From Schizochytrium sp. TIO01 (taxonomy: Eukaryota; Protista; Bigyra: Labyrinthulomycetes), in contig SMSO01000031.1 in assembly GCA_004764695.1 (NCBI GenBank), positions 162,436-226,435 of the forward strand: a stretch of DNA of 64,000 nt, in the 5' to 3' direction. A model generated the notes under the pieces. The model had not been told where the DNA came from. It worked only from the letters and a program-made list of their open reading frames with translations, and did not search any database. A program made the position numbers and the translations under genes. Position 1 is the stretch's first letter, and every line of letters starts with the position of its first letter. Of this stretch, positions 46,483 through 57,698 are shown piece by piece.

Positions 46483-49400
46483 AGTTTCTAGGCTAGAAGC
46501 TACGTTAGTGAATGATTTACGAAGAGTCTGCCATACCGAAAATCAAAGTACTCACGCTATTGCAGGTTTGCACCAGGTACTTATCCCAAAAGTATTGCGA
46601 CCCACCATGTGTACAATCTGCCCTCCTTATAGAACTGAAACAAGAGAGCTCCATCCACTCCCGTCGGTCTTTTCTGATTATATCTCTGACCTTTCTTTTT
46701 TCTTAAATAGTCGTTTTCTTCCATATATAAATATATATTCACGAAGTGTTACGGCCCCAGTATGATCTACAAAAAGAACATTTTACTGACTCAAATTGCA
46801 AGTCGCTATGATTGATTTCCCTTCCAAAATGCTTGGCACCTAGGTAGACATCTAGGCACAAGTAAGCGTTAAAGCCATGGCCCTGGAAGTTATTTTGCCA
46901 TGTGTCAGGCTGCAGGCGCATGATCAGTTGCAAAAAACAGTGACAACTTAACATATGGAGCATCTCTTGATTTCTAAATCTATTAAAAATCAGGTTCCCG
47001 CGGCTATTGTCTACGCTTGGACCAGCACTAGCAGAGCGAAATCACAATTTCCTCTGTCCAGCTTTTCTTACTTTCTTCTTATTTTTCTTATATTAAATAC
47101 AAAGAAAAGAAAAAAGCAATAATAAATAATAGTAATTAGCACTAATTCAAATAAGAGTTTTGAAAATACTGGCCAAGAGCCGTTAAGACTGATCTTGTTA
47201 GCAATGCATCAAGAGAAAACCGGCTCAGGAAAGTATTTGAAATACTATAGATTAAAACGGGACGGCGGAGTGTTGCTTCAAGAATCTTTTCAATTTACCT
47301 CGAGTAATCTACTTCGCAAGAATCGACTTACGAATCTGCATGACTGTACGTCGAATGCTGCCTTTCTAAACACTGACACTGTCAAGGGTTCTCTGCATTA
47401 ATTTCAATAAAATTGAACCATCAAGCCAACCATTTGTGTAATAAAGCGCGGGTTTGCAGATGAATTTGGGTTGCTGAAAAAAGAAAAAAAAGAAAAAAGG
47501 AACATGGGATTGTTTTTGTACTATCCTCTTGGTTTTTTGGGTAGGTCCCCACCGAACGGGCACTAATTTACGCTCAAAAGTTTATGCGACAGAAGTAGAT
47601 GAAAGCATGGCTCACTAGCATAGATCCTGCTTATCCAGAAATTTGACAATAACTTAGGCGGGGCAAAAGCTAAGTGTACTATTTGAAGAGAGCATGAAAG
47701 TCATTTTACGCGTACTCACTGTAGGTAGCCGGAACATCGCACCGTTGCCTAATCCATTTTTCGTGGAACACAAACATATACTTTTCAAGGCATTAAAAAT
47801 ATGACAGGAGTATTACAAAACACATCACTTTCTTTCGTATGTAGATTTGATATTTTACAGGGCTACAATCACAACGGACTTGCATTAAACTTGCATTAAA
47901 CTACTCTGCGTATTCAGCTTACTTAGCATGACTAATGTTGGCTCACAGTGCTCTCGATTTACTCATTCAACATGAAACTCTAGGCCAGCTACTATTTTCA
48001 GTGAAGTTATGCTGATTGAGTTTTGCTGTCACCTAGTATTCTAGAACTTTAGTTCGCGCACCTCAGAACTGGTTCAGTCAGCCATCCAGATCATTGTCGC
48101 CCTTACTCTACGACAGCGCAATCCCATGGTACACCTTTTCCATCAGCTATTGATAGCAAATTCCACTAGCCGCAGCAGCATTCGGTCTTCCCTAGCCCGT
48201 GCGCGGAGGCAACGGCTAAAGCAGACTGCGATGTAACAGCTTGCATTTGGAGAATAAAATGCTTGAAAAAAACTACCAACCAGTATGTCTCCCCCAAAGG
48301 CCAAGTTATGAATTGTACTACAGTCATTGTGATAGGCAGAATAGGATCTCTGTACGACGTGATTTGCATGTCTGTCGTTTGTCGTGTTCCTTTTAAAAAA
48401 ATCTTATAGCTCAATTAACCTACCCAAGTTACATAGGTCCCTAGGCGTACCTAGGATTTTTTTTATTTCTTTTATTGTTGTTGTTGTAATCTTTATAGTA
48501 TCTACTTGTATATATAAGAGTTTAAAAAGAAATGTAGTCCCGTAGAGTCATCAACGCGAGATCTGCGCACTTTCTTACGCGGTCATTCTAAGATACCTTC
48601 GTGATCATATTCACTGGCTAGAAGGCAATGTGATTGGCACTTCGTATTGACCTATTTATCGATTCCCATTGAATTGCCTTAGCAAAGGAATAAGCTTACG
48701 CAGCCCTTAAAATTTTTCATTATATAAATAAACTTCATTTCTATCCCTGGGTTCCTTCCTAGGTAGCAGTTACCTAATACGCGGGTAGTACCTAGGGAGG
48801 AGTTTAACTTACTTTCAGAACATCGCTACACATGACTGCATAATATGGAACGAAGCTCGAGCAAATGTGTTTGCAGCACCTTTAAAAGTTGGTTGTCATG
48901 GCATTAGAATATAGTTTTGTTATTATTTTTATAAATAAAGTACATACGAAAAAAACACAAATGTGAAAGGAATTGTAGCCTGCAACTTGCAGCCGATTCC
49001 CCAGGGTGACCTCATACAGGTCTTACTTGGGGACTAGATTTACCGCAAATCACCGTACATGAAAAGTTACAATAGGAGTATGACTTGTTCAAAGTTTTGC
49101 CTTATCTTTGTAGAATTTTCCTTTCCAAAAGCAAAATACTATTGGCTTGCCAGTGTTTACATAACAAATCATCGGATGACAGACATCCAGAAAAGTTAGG
49201 CGTCTAAGGCCTCGCAACTAGGTGTATCAAACAACGAGGTAGGTTTTTGATAAAAGCAAGACATCTGATGAAGTTGATGATTGGGTGTTATTTCAAGTTA
49301 TGCGGGACTGTTAGGAAGAATCTTATATTCAAAAGAGATAAAAGAGGGCCATCCTTTTCAGATCCTCAACGGGGGAGGGGGGTTCTTAATTTTAGAATAT

Positions 49401-49863
49401 ATGGAACATCGGCAACGCAACGATGATCAAAACGTGAGGAAAGAAAAGAAAATCTATTTGGGGAGAGCGCTCTATATAGTATAACAAAAGCGATGCCCTT
49501 TCTCGCATGGCAACTGGGCGAACGGCGATGGCAAGATGCTGTAAATTTCTCGTAGCATCCATACCACAACGAGAATGTTCGCTCGAATACCAACCATGCG
49601 GGATTCACATTTGGTCAAAAAATGTGAGGATAGAGAGCGCCCAAAATCATATCTTCGTATTGTCAGCGCTCTAGGCCATGGAACGGCTAGAGCAGGAATC
49701 TGGGCTTTGGAGGAGGACAGTGTGCCGCACATTTTCATGATGTGCGTACGCCACGTACGTATGGATTTTGAGCAAAGTAGAACACAATATAGTAAAAAGA
49801 AAAGGGAGGGGGGGGGGGGGCAAGGGACAAAGGGTCCAAACTTGCTGTGGTCCTGTGCCGAGG

Positions 49864-50523
49864 TCAGACTACAGCCACGAGTTTCCTCTTGCGTTTAGTT
49901 GCTGGTTTTCGCTTTTTCAATTTGCGCTCCTCTTCTTCCTGGGCATTAGCCATTTGCAGGTAATTCTGAGCAAGGTTGAGGTAGCGTCCTCTCTCCTCAA
50001 TTAGTCCATCGATTACATATTGTAGCTTCTCGGTTTCGTTAGAACCGCTTTTGGTGGCCTCCAAAAAGTCGTCCATTAGCTCATTAATTTGGCACAGAAT
50101 CTCGCACTGCATCTCGCACGCCAACCTGTACTGATAAACCAGGCCTGCATTAGACCTGTCTACAGATCTTGCCACAGAGCCCTCTGAGATGGAGAATTTG
50201 GCTCCATCCAGGGCATTATTTACTTCGTCATTTCTCTGCACATTTGCCACATCCGCGCCGGAATTCTGCCCGCCACGGCTCGGAATTCTCGCCGCGAGTT
50301 TTATACATTTCGGCCGCCGCTGGTCCTCGGCATCCGCGGCGCCGGACGCCGAAGATTCGCGCCATTCGAAGCCCTTCTCGCGCTTCCGTACAGGCGAGGT
50401 GGTGGTGGTGGTGTCAGCGGCGCCTGTCAGGGACCTCTTGCCCTTGGCCTCCTCGCGGGCGGCCAGCCGCGAGGACCGCCGCACGCCGCCGCCGAGGCCG
50501 AGTGCCTCCGCGTCGCCGCCCAT
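49864..50523 (-). CDS. Hypothetical basic protein (disordered N-terminus, helical C-terminus, putative NLS); probable start MGGDAE at 50523
   Basis: GC-rich portion of ORF 49864-50889 with RRSSRLAA and KLKKRKPATKRKRK. The upstream ORF part overlaps low-complexity leader sequence. Confidence 0.6.
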   Translation of the reverse strand: MGGDAEALGLGGGVRRSSRLAAREEAKGKRSLTGAADTTTTTSPVRKREKGFEWRESSASGAADAEDQRRPKCIKLAARIPSRGGQNSGADVANVQRNDEVNNALDGAKFSISEGSVARSVDRSNAGLVYQYRLACEMQCEILCQINELMDDFLEATKSGSNETEKLQYVIDGLIEERGRYLNLAQNYLQMANAQEEEERKLKKRKPATKRKRKLVAVV

Positions 50524-50870
50524 CGCACCCTCCCGGTCCTGCGCACCGCCCGGAATCGCGACTGCGCGGCTCCAAAACGCGCCAGAGACGGTCCCGCCGC
50601 CGCCTTTTTGTCTCGACCTTTTCACCTCTTCTTCTTCTTCTTCTCTTCTTTCTGTTCCCATATTATCTCTATCATATCCCTCCTCTTCGTAGCGCCCATA
50701 GTATTCGCACAGAGGTTTCATAATCTTCACAACTACGACGGCGCTCATCCTCGCCTCACGCACAGGAAGCTGCCGCCGCGAACGCCGCGTTTGGGATTTG
50801 TGCCAAGGTCTGATCGACGATAATCGAGGTCCTCTGTTGCTGCGGTCAGGACTTCTGATGACGAATTGAT

Positions 50871-50891
50871 TATATATACATACATCCATAC

Positions 50892-50926
<35 letters not shown>

Positions 50927-50940
50927 CACAGACATATATG
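50871..50940. repeat. (TA)n-rich microsatellite
   Basis: Seen directly. Confidence 0.9.
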
Positions 50941-51210
50941 TGTAATATGTGGTGTCCATATTGGCCGCCGCAGGTGTTGCGTTATCGACGACGGACTTGG
51001 GAATCGCTGTCATTGGAGCACTTGCGTTGGCTTGGGGACGGTGAAACAGCGCACAGGCCGAGCTGGCGTCGGGAACTGGGCGGCAGCACCGCCTCACTCT
51101 CTGCCAAGAACCGTGGAGACCTCAAAATCACAAGCATCGTCGGGCTTCGTGAGACCCATCACTCTTCGCCATGCTCACTGGTGTTACTAACTAGTCGTGA
51201 GGCCTGCTTT

Positions 51211-51286
51211 CTATAGCCCACTTGCGCCGGCCTATACCCTACTTTAAGGCCTCTATAGCCTACTTTCGTGGACCTATAGCCCACTT
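51211..51286. repeat. Four 13-bp direct repeats CTATA[G/C]CC[C/T]ACTT at exact 21-bp spacing with variable 8-bp spacers
   Basis: Starts at 51211, 51232, 51253 and 51274. Confidence 0.85.
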
Positions 51287-52767
51287 GTGGCTGCGCCAAT
51301 AGACGCTTTCCGGATTTCCGGACATCTAAAGGTGTGCGCGCGCACACCTTCGTTTCCTCGAGATTAGGAGAGGCCACAGATGCCGCGGCGCAGCTAAGAG
51401 CTGGGCGCGCGGGTTTACGAGAACTTGGAGCTAGCGCTTACGAGCGTGGGTGGAAGGGGTGGAGAAGACAAAAGCAAAACGTCGAAGAAAAGACATTTGC
51501 GAGAGACATTGGCGAATGTCGAATGTAGCACCTCTGAAGAAATCGTAGTGGAATCTGCGGAGCACTGCCGTGTTGTAATTTTTATGTTTTAAGGGTAACC
51601 TATGAGGTGGTTATCTGATGTGTGAGCTAAAGAATCAGGACCGGTCATGCTTCTGTGGAGTGCGATCGCGGTGAATCGAAGGAAAGCCTCGGGCTGGTAG
51701 AGGAATAAATAAACTAGCCTGCGAATGCAACGGTAAAGTGCGAGCAACAGCACTCTTGGTAAGTTTCTGTGCCACCGATTTATGCAGGTAGAAGATGATC
51801 AATCAACACAATGTATAACATAACTTCTTCCTCCGAGAGATAGTAGGTATGCATGCACCCCAGTCCCTGAGAACGCAGCTCAAGCACGGTCCGCCTTTAC
51901 AAGCTGTTCCACAGTTTTGTCGAACTCCACTCATTGGCACCCAAATCCAAGTTCGCTGTTGTCTGTACTACCCCGCCAATGCCACAACGATCGCCAGAAA
52001 GGGCCGCCAAGGCATACGTGACCCCTGACGCAATCAGAACCCAAGTATGAGACTTGGCAGCTTCATCTGAGCTCTTCCATGGACATCTGAATCTCAGTTC
52101 TTCTCCAGCTTGGCGTAGGAAGAACCTTTGTCTATAAGCTTAAAACCCCTGCCTGGAAGCCCCGACGAACTCGAGTGCTATCGTCCACTCAGCGCCACAC
52201 CGTTTCTGCGAATGTCGCAACTCGGCCCCACCCCGTCCATCGCCATTGCACCACAATCGCTCCTCAAATCTAGCACGAACCTCTTTCTACATTCAACCTT
52301 AAACGCCTCTCCAACACATGTCTCCAAGTGCTATACCGCTCCCAGTTTTGATCCTCATTTCGTGACTTGATTGACTAAACAGCGCTGCGCAGAACCATTG
52401 CAAAACCATCTCAGAACCGCGCAGTGTTTTCTTTTTGGTTTTGCTTTTCTTTCGAATTAATAGTTGATAGTAGTGCAGACACCGGCCAATGGGTTATAAG
52501 GTGCTTATTGTATAGTAAGAGAGGCCCACAAGTGAAGAATACGAGTTATAGTCAAAGTAATGAACGAATGACTAGAAATGATTGACGCTGCGTTTTGTGC
52601 GGCCGAGGAGGGAGTTCTCACGCGTGCAAAACTCGAACATCGCTGCGGCTGCGGCGAGTACCAGTACGAACATTCATTGCTGGTGAGGTTGATTCACCCA
52701 TAGGCTCTTTGCCGCTGTAGAGAACTCAAGGACTTTCTTTGCGGATCCAGAGATTCGCGAAACCAAG

Positions 52768-54060
52768 ATGAGCTCCACGGACGAGACCGCCACGCCCCCT
52801 ACGGCGCCCAAGACGCAGCAGGAGGATGAGGACCGCCCTGAAGCCTTGAACGAGAACGCCGCCGCTGCGGAGGACGAAAACGACGATGAGGACAACAACG
52901 ATGGTGAGGACGACAGCAAGAACAAGAAGAAGAAGAACAAGAAGAAGAAGAAGAAGACCAAATCTGCAGCCAAGAAGGCTGCTCTCGCAAACTCCATTTG
53001 GGCCATGAGCGACGAAGACTTCTTTGCAATGTGCGACAAATGGCTCGAAGAGACCAAGAGCCAGGTCGATGGCATTGATGAAGAAACCCGTCTTGCCACA
53101 CCTGATTTCTTCAACGGGTATGCCTTCTCTGGGTCGCTTAGACCTGCGCTCATTACGGAGCAAATGAAGTCCGAAGATCACATCGAGAAGCCTGACTACG
53201 CCGATTCTGGTACCTCTGAGCTTGAGACTCGCGTGAAGATGGGACCCGAAGCAGGCACTATCCCTGTGGCACCTGCTGAGGATATCGAGAAGATGCGCGA
53301 GGTATGCCAGATTGGCCGCGAGGTCCTCGACATTTCGTCTCGGTTTATGCGTGCTGGCGTCACCGGTGATGAGATTGACCGCGTTGTGTACAAGGCCTGC
53401 ATGGAGCGTGGCGTATACCCGAGTCCTCTCAACTACTACCACTTCAAGAAGTCCGTGTGCGTTTCGCCCAACGAGGTCATTTGCCACGGAATCCCTGATT
53501 GCCGCCCCATCCAGGAAGGTGATATTGTGAACCTTGACATCTCGGTTTACAAGGATGGATTTCATGCTGACTTGAACGAGACCTTCCTCATTGGAAAGTG
53601 CGACCAGGAGAGTATCGACCTTCTCCGGACCTCTTATGAATGCCTCAAGCTTGCCAGTGAGCTCATTCGCCCCGGAAACTTGTACCGAGAGGTTGGTGCT
53701 GTCATCAGCAAGCACGCCGCTCAGAACGGATGCTCTGTTGTGCGCAAGTACTGTGGACATGGCGTCGGTCGTCTGTTCCACGGTCCCCCCAACGTCCCTC
53801 ACTACGCCAAGAACAAAGCACGAGGAATTATGCGCCCTGGCCACATCTTCACCATTGAGCCCATGATCAACCAAGGCGGCAACTGGGGCGACTTGCTCTG
53901 GCCTGATGACTGGACTGCCACCACAAAGGATGGCAAGCGGAGCAGTCAGTACGAACACACTTTTCTCGTCACAGAAGATGGTTTCGAGGTTCTCACAGCG
54001 CGCGCTGGTGCACCAAAGAACGCAATGCCTGAATGGGACGAAAAGACCTGGCAACGGTAA
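52768..54060 (+). CDS. MAP1: Methionine aminopeptidase type 1
   Basis: YPSPLNY, SVCVSPNEVICHGIPD, NLDIS, HADLNETF, YCGHGVG..FH, FTIEPMIN and SSQYEHT; all metal ligands are present. Confidence 0.96.
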   Translation: MSSTDETATPPTAPKTQQEDEDRPEALNENAAAAEDENDDEDNNDGEDDSKNKKKKNKKKKKKTKSAAKKAALANSIWAMSDEDFFAMCDKWLEETKSQVDGIDEETRLATPDFFNGYAFSGSLRPALITEQMKSEDHIEKPDYADSGTSELETRVKMGPEAGTIPVAPAEDIEKMREVCQIGREVLDISSRFMRAGVTGDEIDRVVYKACMERGVYPSPLNYYHFKKSVCVSPNEVICHGIPDCRPIQEGDIVNLDISVYKDGFHADLNETFLIGKCDQESIDLLRTSYECLKLASELIRPGNLYREVGAVISKHAAQNGCSVVRKYCGHGVGRLFHGPPNVPHYAKNKARGIMRPGHIFTIEPMINQGGNWGDLLWPDDWTATTKDGKRSSQYEHTFLVTEDGFEVLTARAGAPKNAMPEWDEKTWQR

Positions 54061-54958
54061 ATATTTGTCACATCGACTACTATTCTGAAGGTAATGTCAA
54101 CATCGCAAAGCTTTTCAGGCCCTGATTCACTTATCGTCGAACAATAAAAAAAATATAAAGCAAATGTCCCTAACCCCTGCATCGTTTTTTAATCTTTGGT
54201 ACCCAATATTTGTTCTGATTATTCTTACAGCTACAAAAATTCACGTACCATCATAAACTTCATCCCAACAAACTAGAATATATGCCTGCAAAACAATGAG
54301 GGGCTCTCCGCTTGTATGTTTTTTTTACCAACAACATTTCTATTTATAATGTGATGTGATCTTTCCCCTTTAAAAAAAAAGAAAAAAGGTAAGAGATAAT
54401 AGTTCAATGAGCGATCGCACGGGGTCGTCTTTCTTTAGGTTTCTCTCCATTAAAAAAAGTGTTTTTTCATTTTTAAATAGATATATATATTTTAATTCAT
54501 TTTTGTAAATGCCATATTGGGGGTTTTGTTGCTCTTGATAAGAGTTTGTTGCTGCCCATGCGATTTTGAGAAGGAATCGTGAATAGCACCACAATCAGGC
54601 CTGACCTAAAGCTACACTATCAACGTTGCCTCGTGAAGACCCTGACCATTTAGTGCTCATTAAATGGGGATCCGTTACAACATGAAAGGGAGTACACACC
54701 TTTAAACAATTAAATTTAAATCCTAATAGTCCCTACACAACTGGGCAGCCTGGCGCGGACTGCCGAGAGAAATTTGGAGGATATTTAGACTTATTCAGCT
54801 GTGGCAGAACTGAATATGAAACTATGAACACCTTGGCTCAGCAATCTCTGCAGTTCGTAAAACGCTCCTAGTTTGTATCAACTTAAGGCTCAAACAAAGT
54901 CCTTTGAAGGAGATTGTCTGCTACCAGAACTTGGAAAGGATTTATTTTGCAAAGCACC

Positions 54959-56331
54959 ATGAACTCTGCCCGAGGTGATGCTGTTCTAACGCATTTCAAG
55001 GTGAACTTCTTCAACTTTTCTGCTCGAGATATTCGCACAAAGTCAAGTACAAAGGAGGGTGAAGAGGATAAGTCAGGTGCTGCAAGTCTTTACTTCAAGC
55101 TCGACTTTGACAAAGGACATACCAAGATTGAGTCGAAACCCGTTAGCAAAAAGCATGAAGAAGACTCAATTCATTGGGGAAATTCGAAGGCGTTTGAGTA
55201 TGCCACGAAGCATGGGGATAAATTGGATCACAAAAATGTAAGGGTTTCATGCTGGAAATATTCCATGCTTTTTACAGATCATGAAATTGGAGCGGCAGAG
55301 GTCAACCTTCACGATCTTGCAACTGGACCAACATGCTTTGACCTTGTTCTTCGAGATAGCAAGTCTAACCCAGTAGGTCACTTTTTATTTGAGGCCACAA
55401 TGGAGCAGATCGTAGACCGAGCTGTCTTAACCCTCAGCGACGTACATTTGAGATCTGCCGAAAAGTCATGGGAAGCTGGTATCCAGTTGACAATTTTCTA
55501 TGGATGCACCGCCCACGTCCGCGTTCAATCTCGGGAGCATGCCAACCCATGCACGCCAGATGAGGGCATCACCTGGAATGACTTACCAATTGTTGCGCTG
55601 CAAAATTGTACTTGCAGTGACATTGCCCGAGAAGATGTTTTCGTGTTACTCTCTCGGAAATCTGAGCAAATTGGAATCGCTGCTATTCGCTTGGGACGCT
55701 ATTTTGTTGTCGATGACATTACCGCAAAAACATTTTCTGTACCTCTCCACGACTCGCACGACGCCACAAATATTGGTGAACTCAAGGGAAGTCTAAATTT
55801 TAGAAACACACCGCGACTCGCACAACTTGTGGGTGGTGTCTACACAGAAGCTGGGATTGTTGAATCGTCGCCTGGATTTTCATCTCGAGGTGCTCCCCAC
55901 TTGATGGTGAGCGGAGCGGAGAAGCCCAAGGCGTTACAAAGTTCAGACGTTCAAGTGCAACCATTTGAAGAGGATCATCTCGAGATGCAGACCCAGAGCC
56001 CAGATGCAACAGCTCATAGTGCTTCAGAGGAGCCTCGCAGCCCAGTAACTCCTTCAACAGCTCGAGCAACATTTGCCAATGTAGTCTTAGCCAAAAGCAA
56101 ATTCAAGGCTCTTTTAGGCCCTCCGGAAGTTGATACGCGACCTGAAATGACGATTCAGGACAAGTTCGACTCAGACGAAGTCCGAGCGCTAGTAAAACAA
56201 CTTCAGCAGCAGCACGAATCGACCTTTGCTGGATTGCAGCAGAACTTTGATCTGCAAAAGCAAAAGCAACGTGCTCGACTTGAGCAGCGTCTTCGAATGC
56301 GTGAGACTCAGAGGAAGAATGAAGGTTTTTC

Positions 56332-56363
<32 letters not shown>

Positions 56364-57454
56364 TGGCGCAGCTAACCGCTGCAAATATCGCCTCTGAGGA
56401 AGCTGCTGCAGCGGCGCTGGGACTGACAGCAGCAACATCTGCCATGATGATAGCTCCTGAGATGTCAACTAACAATGCACCAGTGGTGGGCTTACAGACT
56501 GAGCAAAACGTTCCTGAAATTCAAGTAAGCGTCATTAAGGACGGTAGTTTCAAGGGAGGGGCTCAGCTATCAAAGCGCGTGGAAGCGATACTGCAAGAGG
56601 TCGAACATTCTATGTTTCAGCAACTTGATGGACGTCCACCTCCGACTGCAGCACTTCACCCAGACCGAAGCATGGTACCGTTGCCCCCTCGCTGGCAGCG
56701 TCGTTTTGACCAGTACGGAGAATCTTATTATGCATATCCGCGAGCAACGGATGATGCGGTCTTTACAACATGGGAAGACCCTCGCCTAGTTCCTGAAGAC
56801 TGGGAGATGCGAGTCGATGATTCCACAGGAACAATAGTGTTTTACAATGAGCCAACGGGAGTTACAACAGTACAAGATCCCCGAGGGCTCCCTTTGGGAT
56901 GGATTTGCTTCCCAGATCTTGACTCGAATAAGCTATCATTTATGCACAAAGAAGGCGTTACTGACCAAGACCCTCGTGGCCTTCCTCCGGGATGGAGGGC
57001 GGGCATTGACCCGAGTAAAGGCACGCTGGTATTTTATAATGACTTTATGCCTGGTGTTGTGCAGACAGGGGACCCTCGCAAACTCGCTGGGGTTTCTCCA
57101 GATATTCGTAGTATGTGGAAGCAAATGGAAATGTTAGAGTGGCTTGACATGACGCGCTCCAAGCTTGATGAGAAGGAACAACAACAATTAAACCGAGATT
57201 ACCAGGCAGTTCAGGTGGCATTTAAGACCTGGACTGACAATCAACAGGCTATTGTATCTGCACAATTTCAGGCTTTGCAGCTCAATCTTCTCAGCCTTGA
57301 TCCTCCTGCCCCTACTGAAGAATCTGCAGAAGCCTTGCGAAGATTCCGGGCAAGGGAAGACAGCTTAGCGACAGGCTGGAAAGCCGAATTTGCAAAGGTG
57401 CTAAATAGCTACCAGGGAAGAAACAAGAACTTTATTCCAGGTATTTACCACTAA
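54959..57454 (+). CDS. C2-C2 / coiled-coil / poly-Q / four tandem WW-like domain protein
   Basis: C2-like VRVSCWKYSMLFTDHEIGAAEVNL, then LPPRW..YY..TTWEDPR followed by three further (L/V)PxxW...DPR repeats. ATG at 54959. Confidence 0.8.
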
Positions 57455-57698
57455 AACCATGGGCAGTGACCTTGCTTTCATTTTTTATTTTTTTAGGTGT
57501 AGCTCAACTTGAACTTGTCAATCATTATTTCCTTTTTGATATATTTCTAGTTAAGATTAACACCTACGATTTATGATTCGCTATCATGTGAGACTAAACT
57601 ACCACACCTGTATATGCGCACACAAAAGGGTAACAAAAATGTATAAATTTATTTTCAAAAAAAAAAAAATTGAGAATCACCTTAAGTGAAGGCAAGGA

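Noticed and set aside
52726-54054. 442-aa minus-strand ORF
   Set aside because: Antisense shadow of the GC3-rich MAP1 gene.
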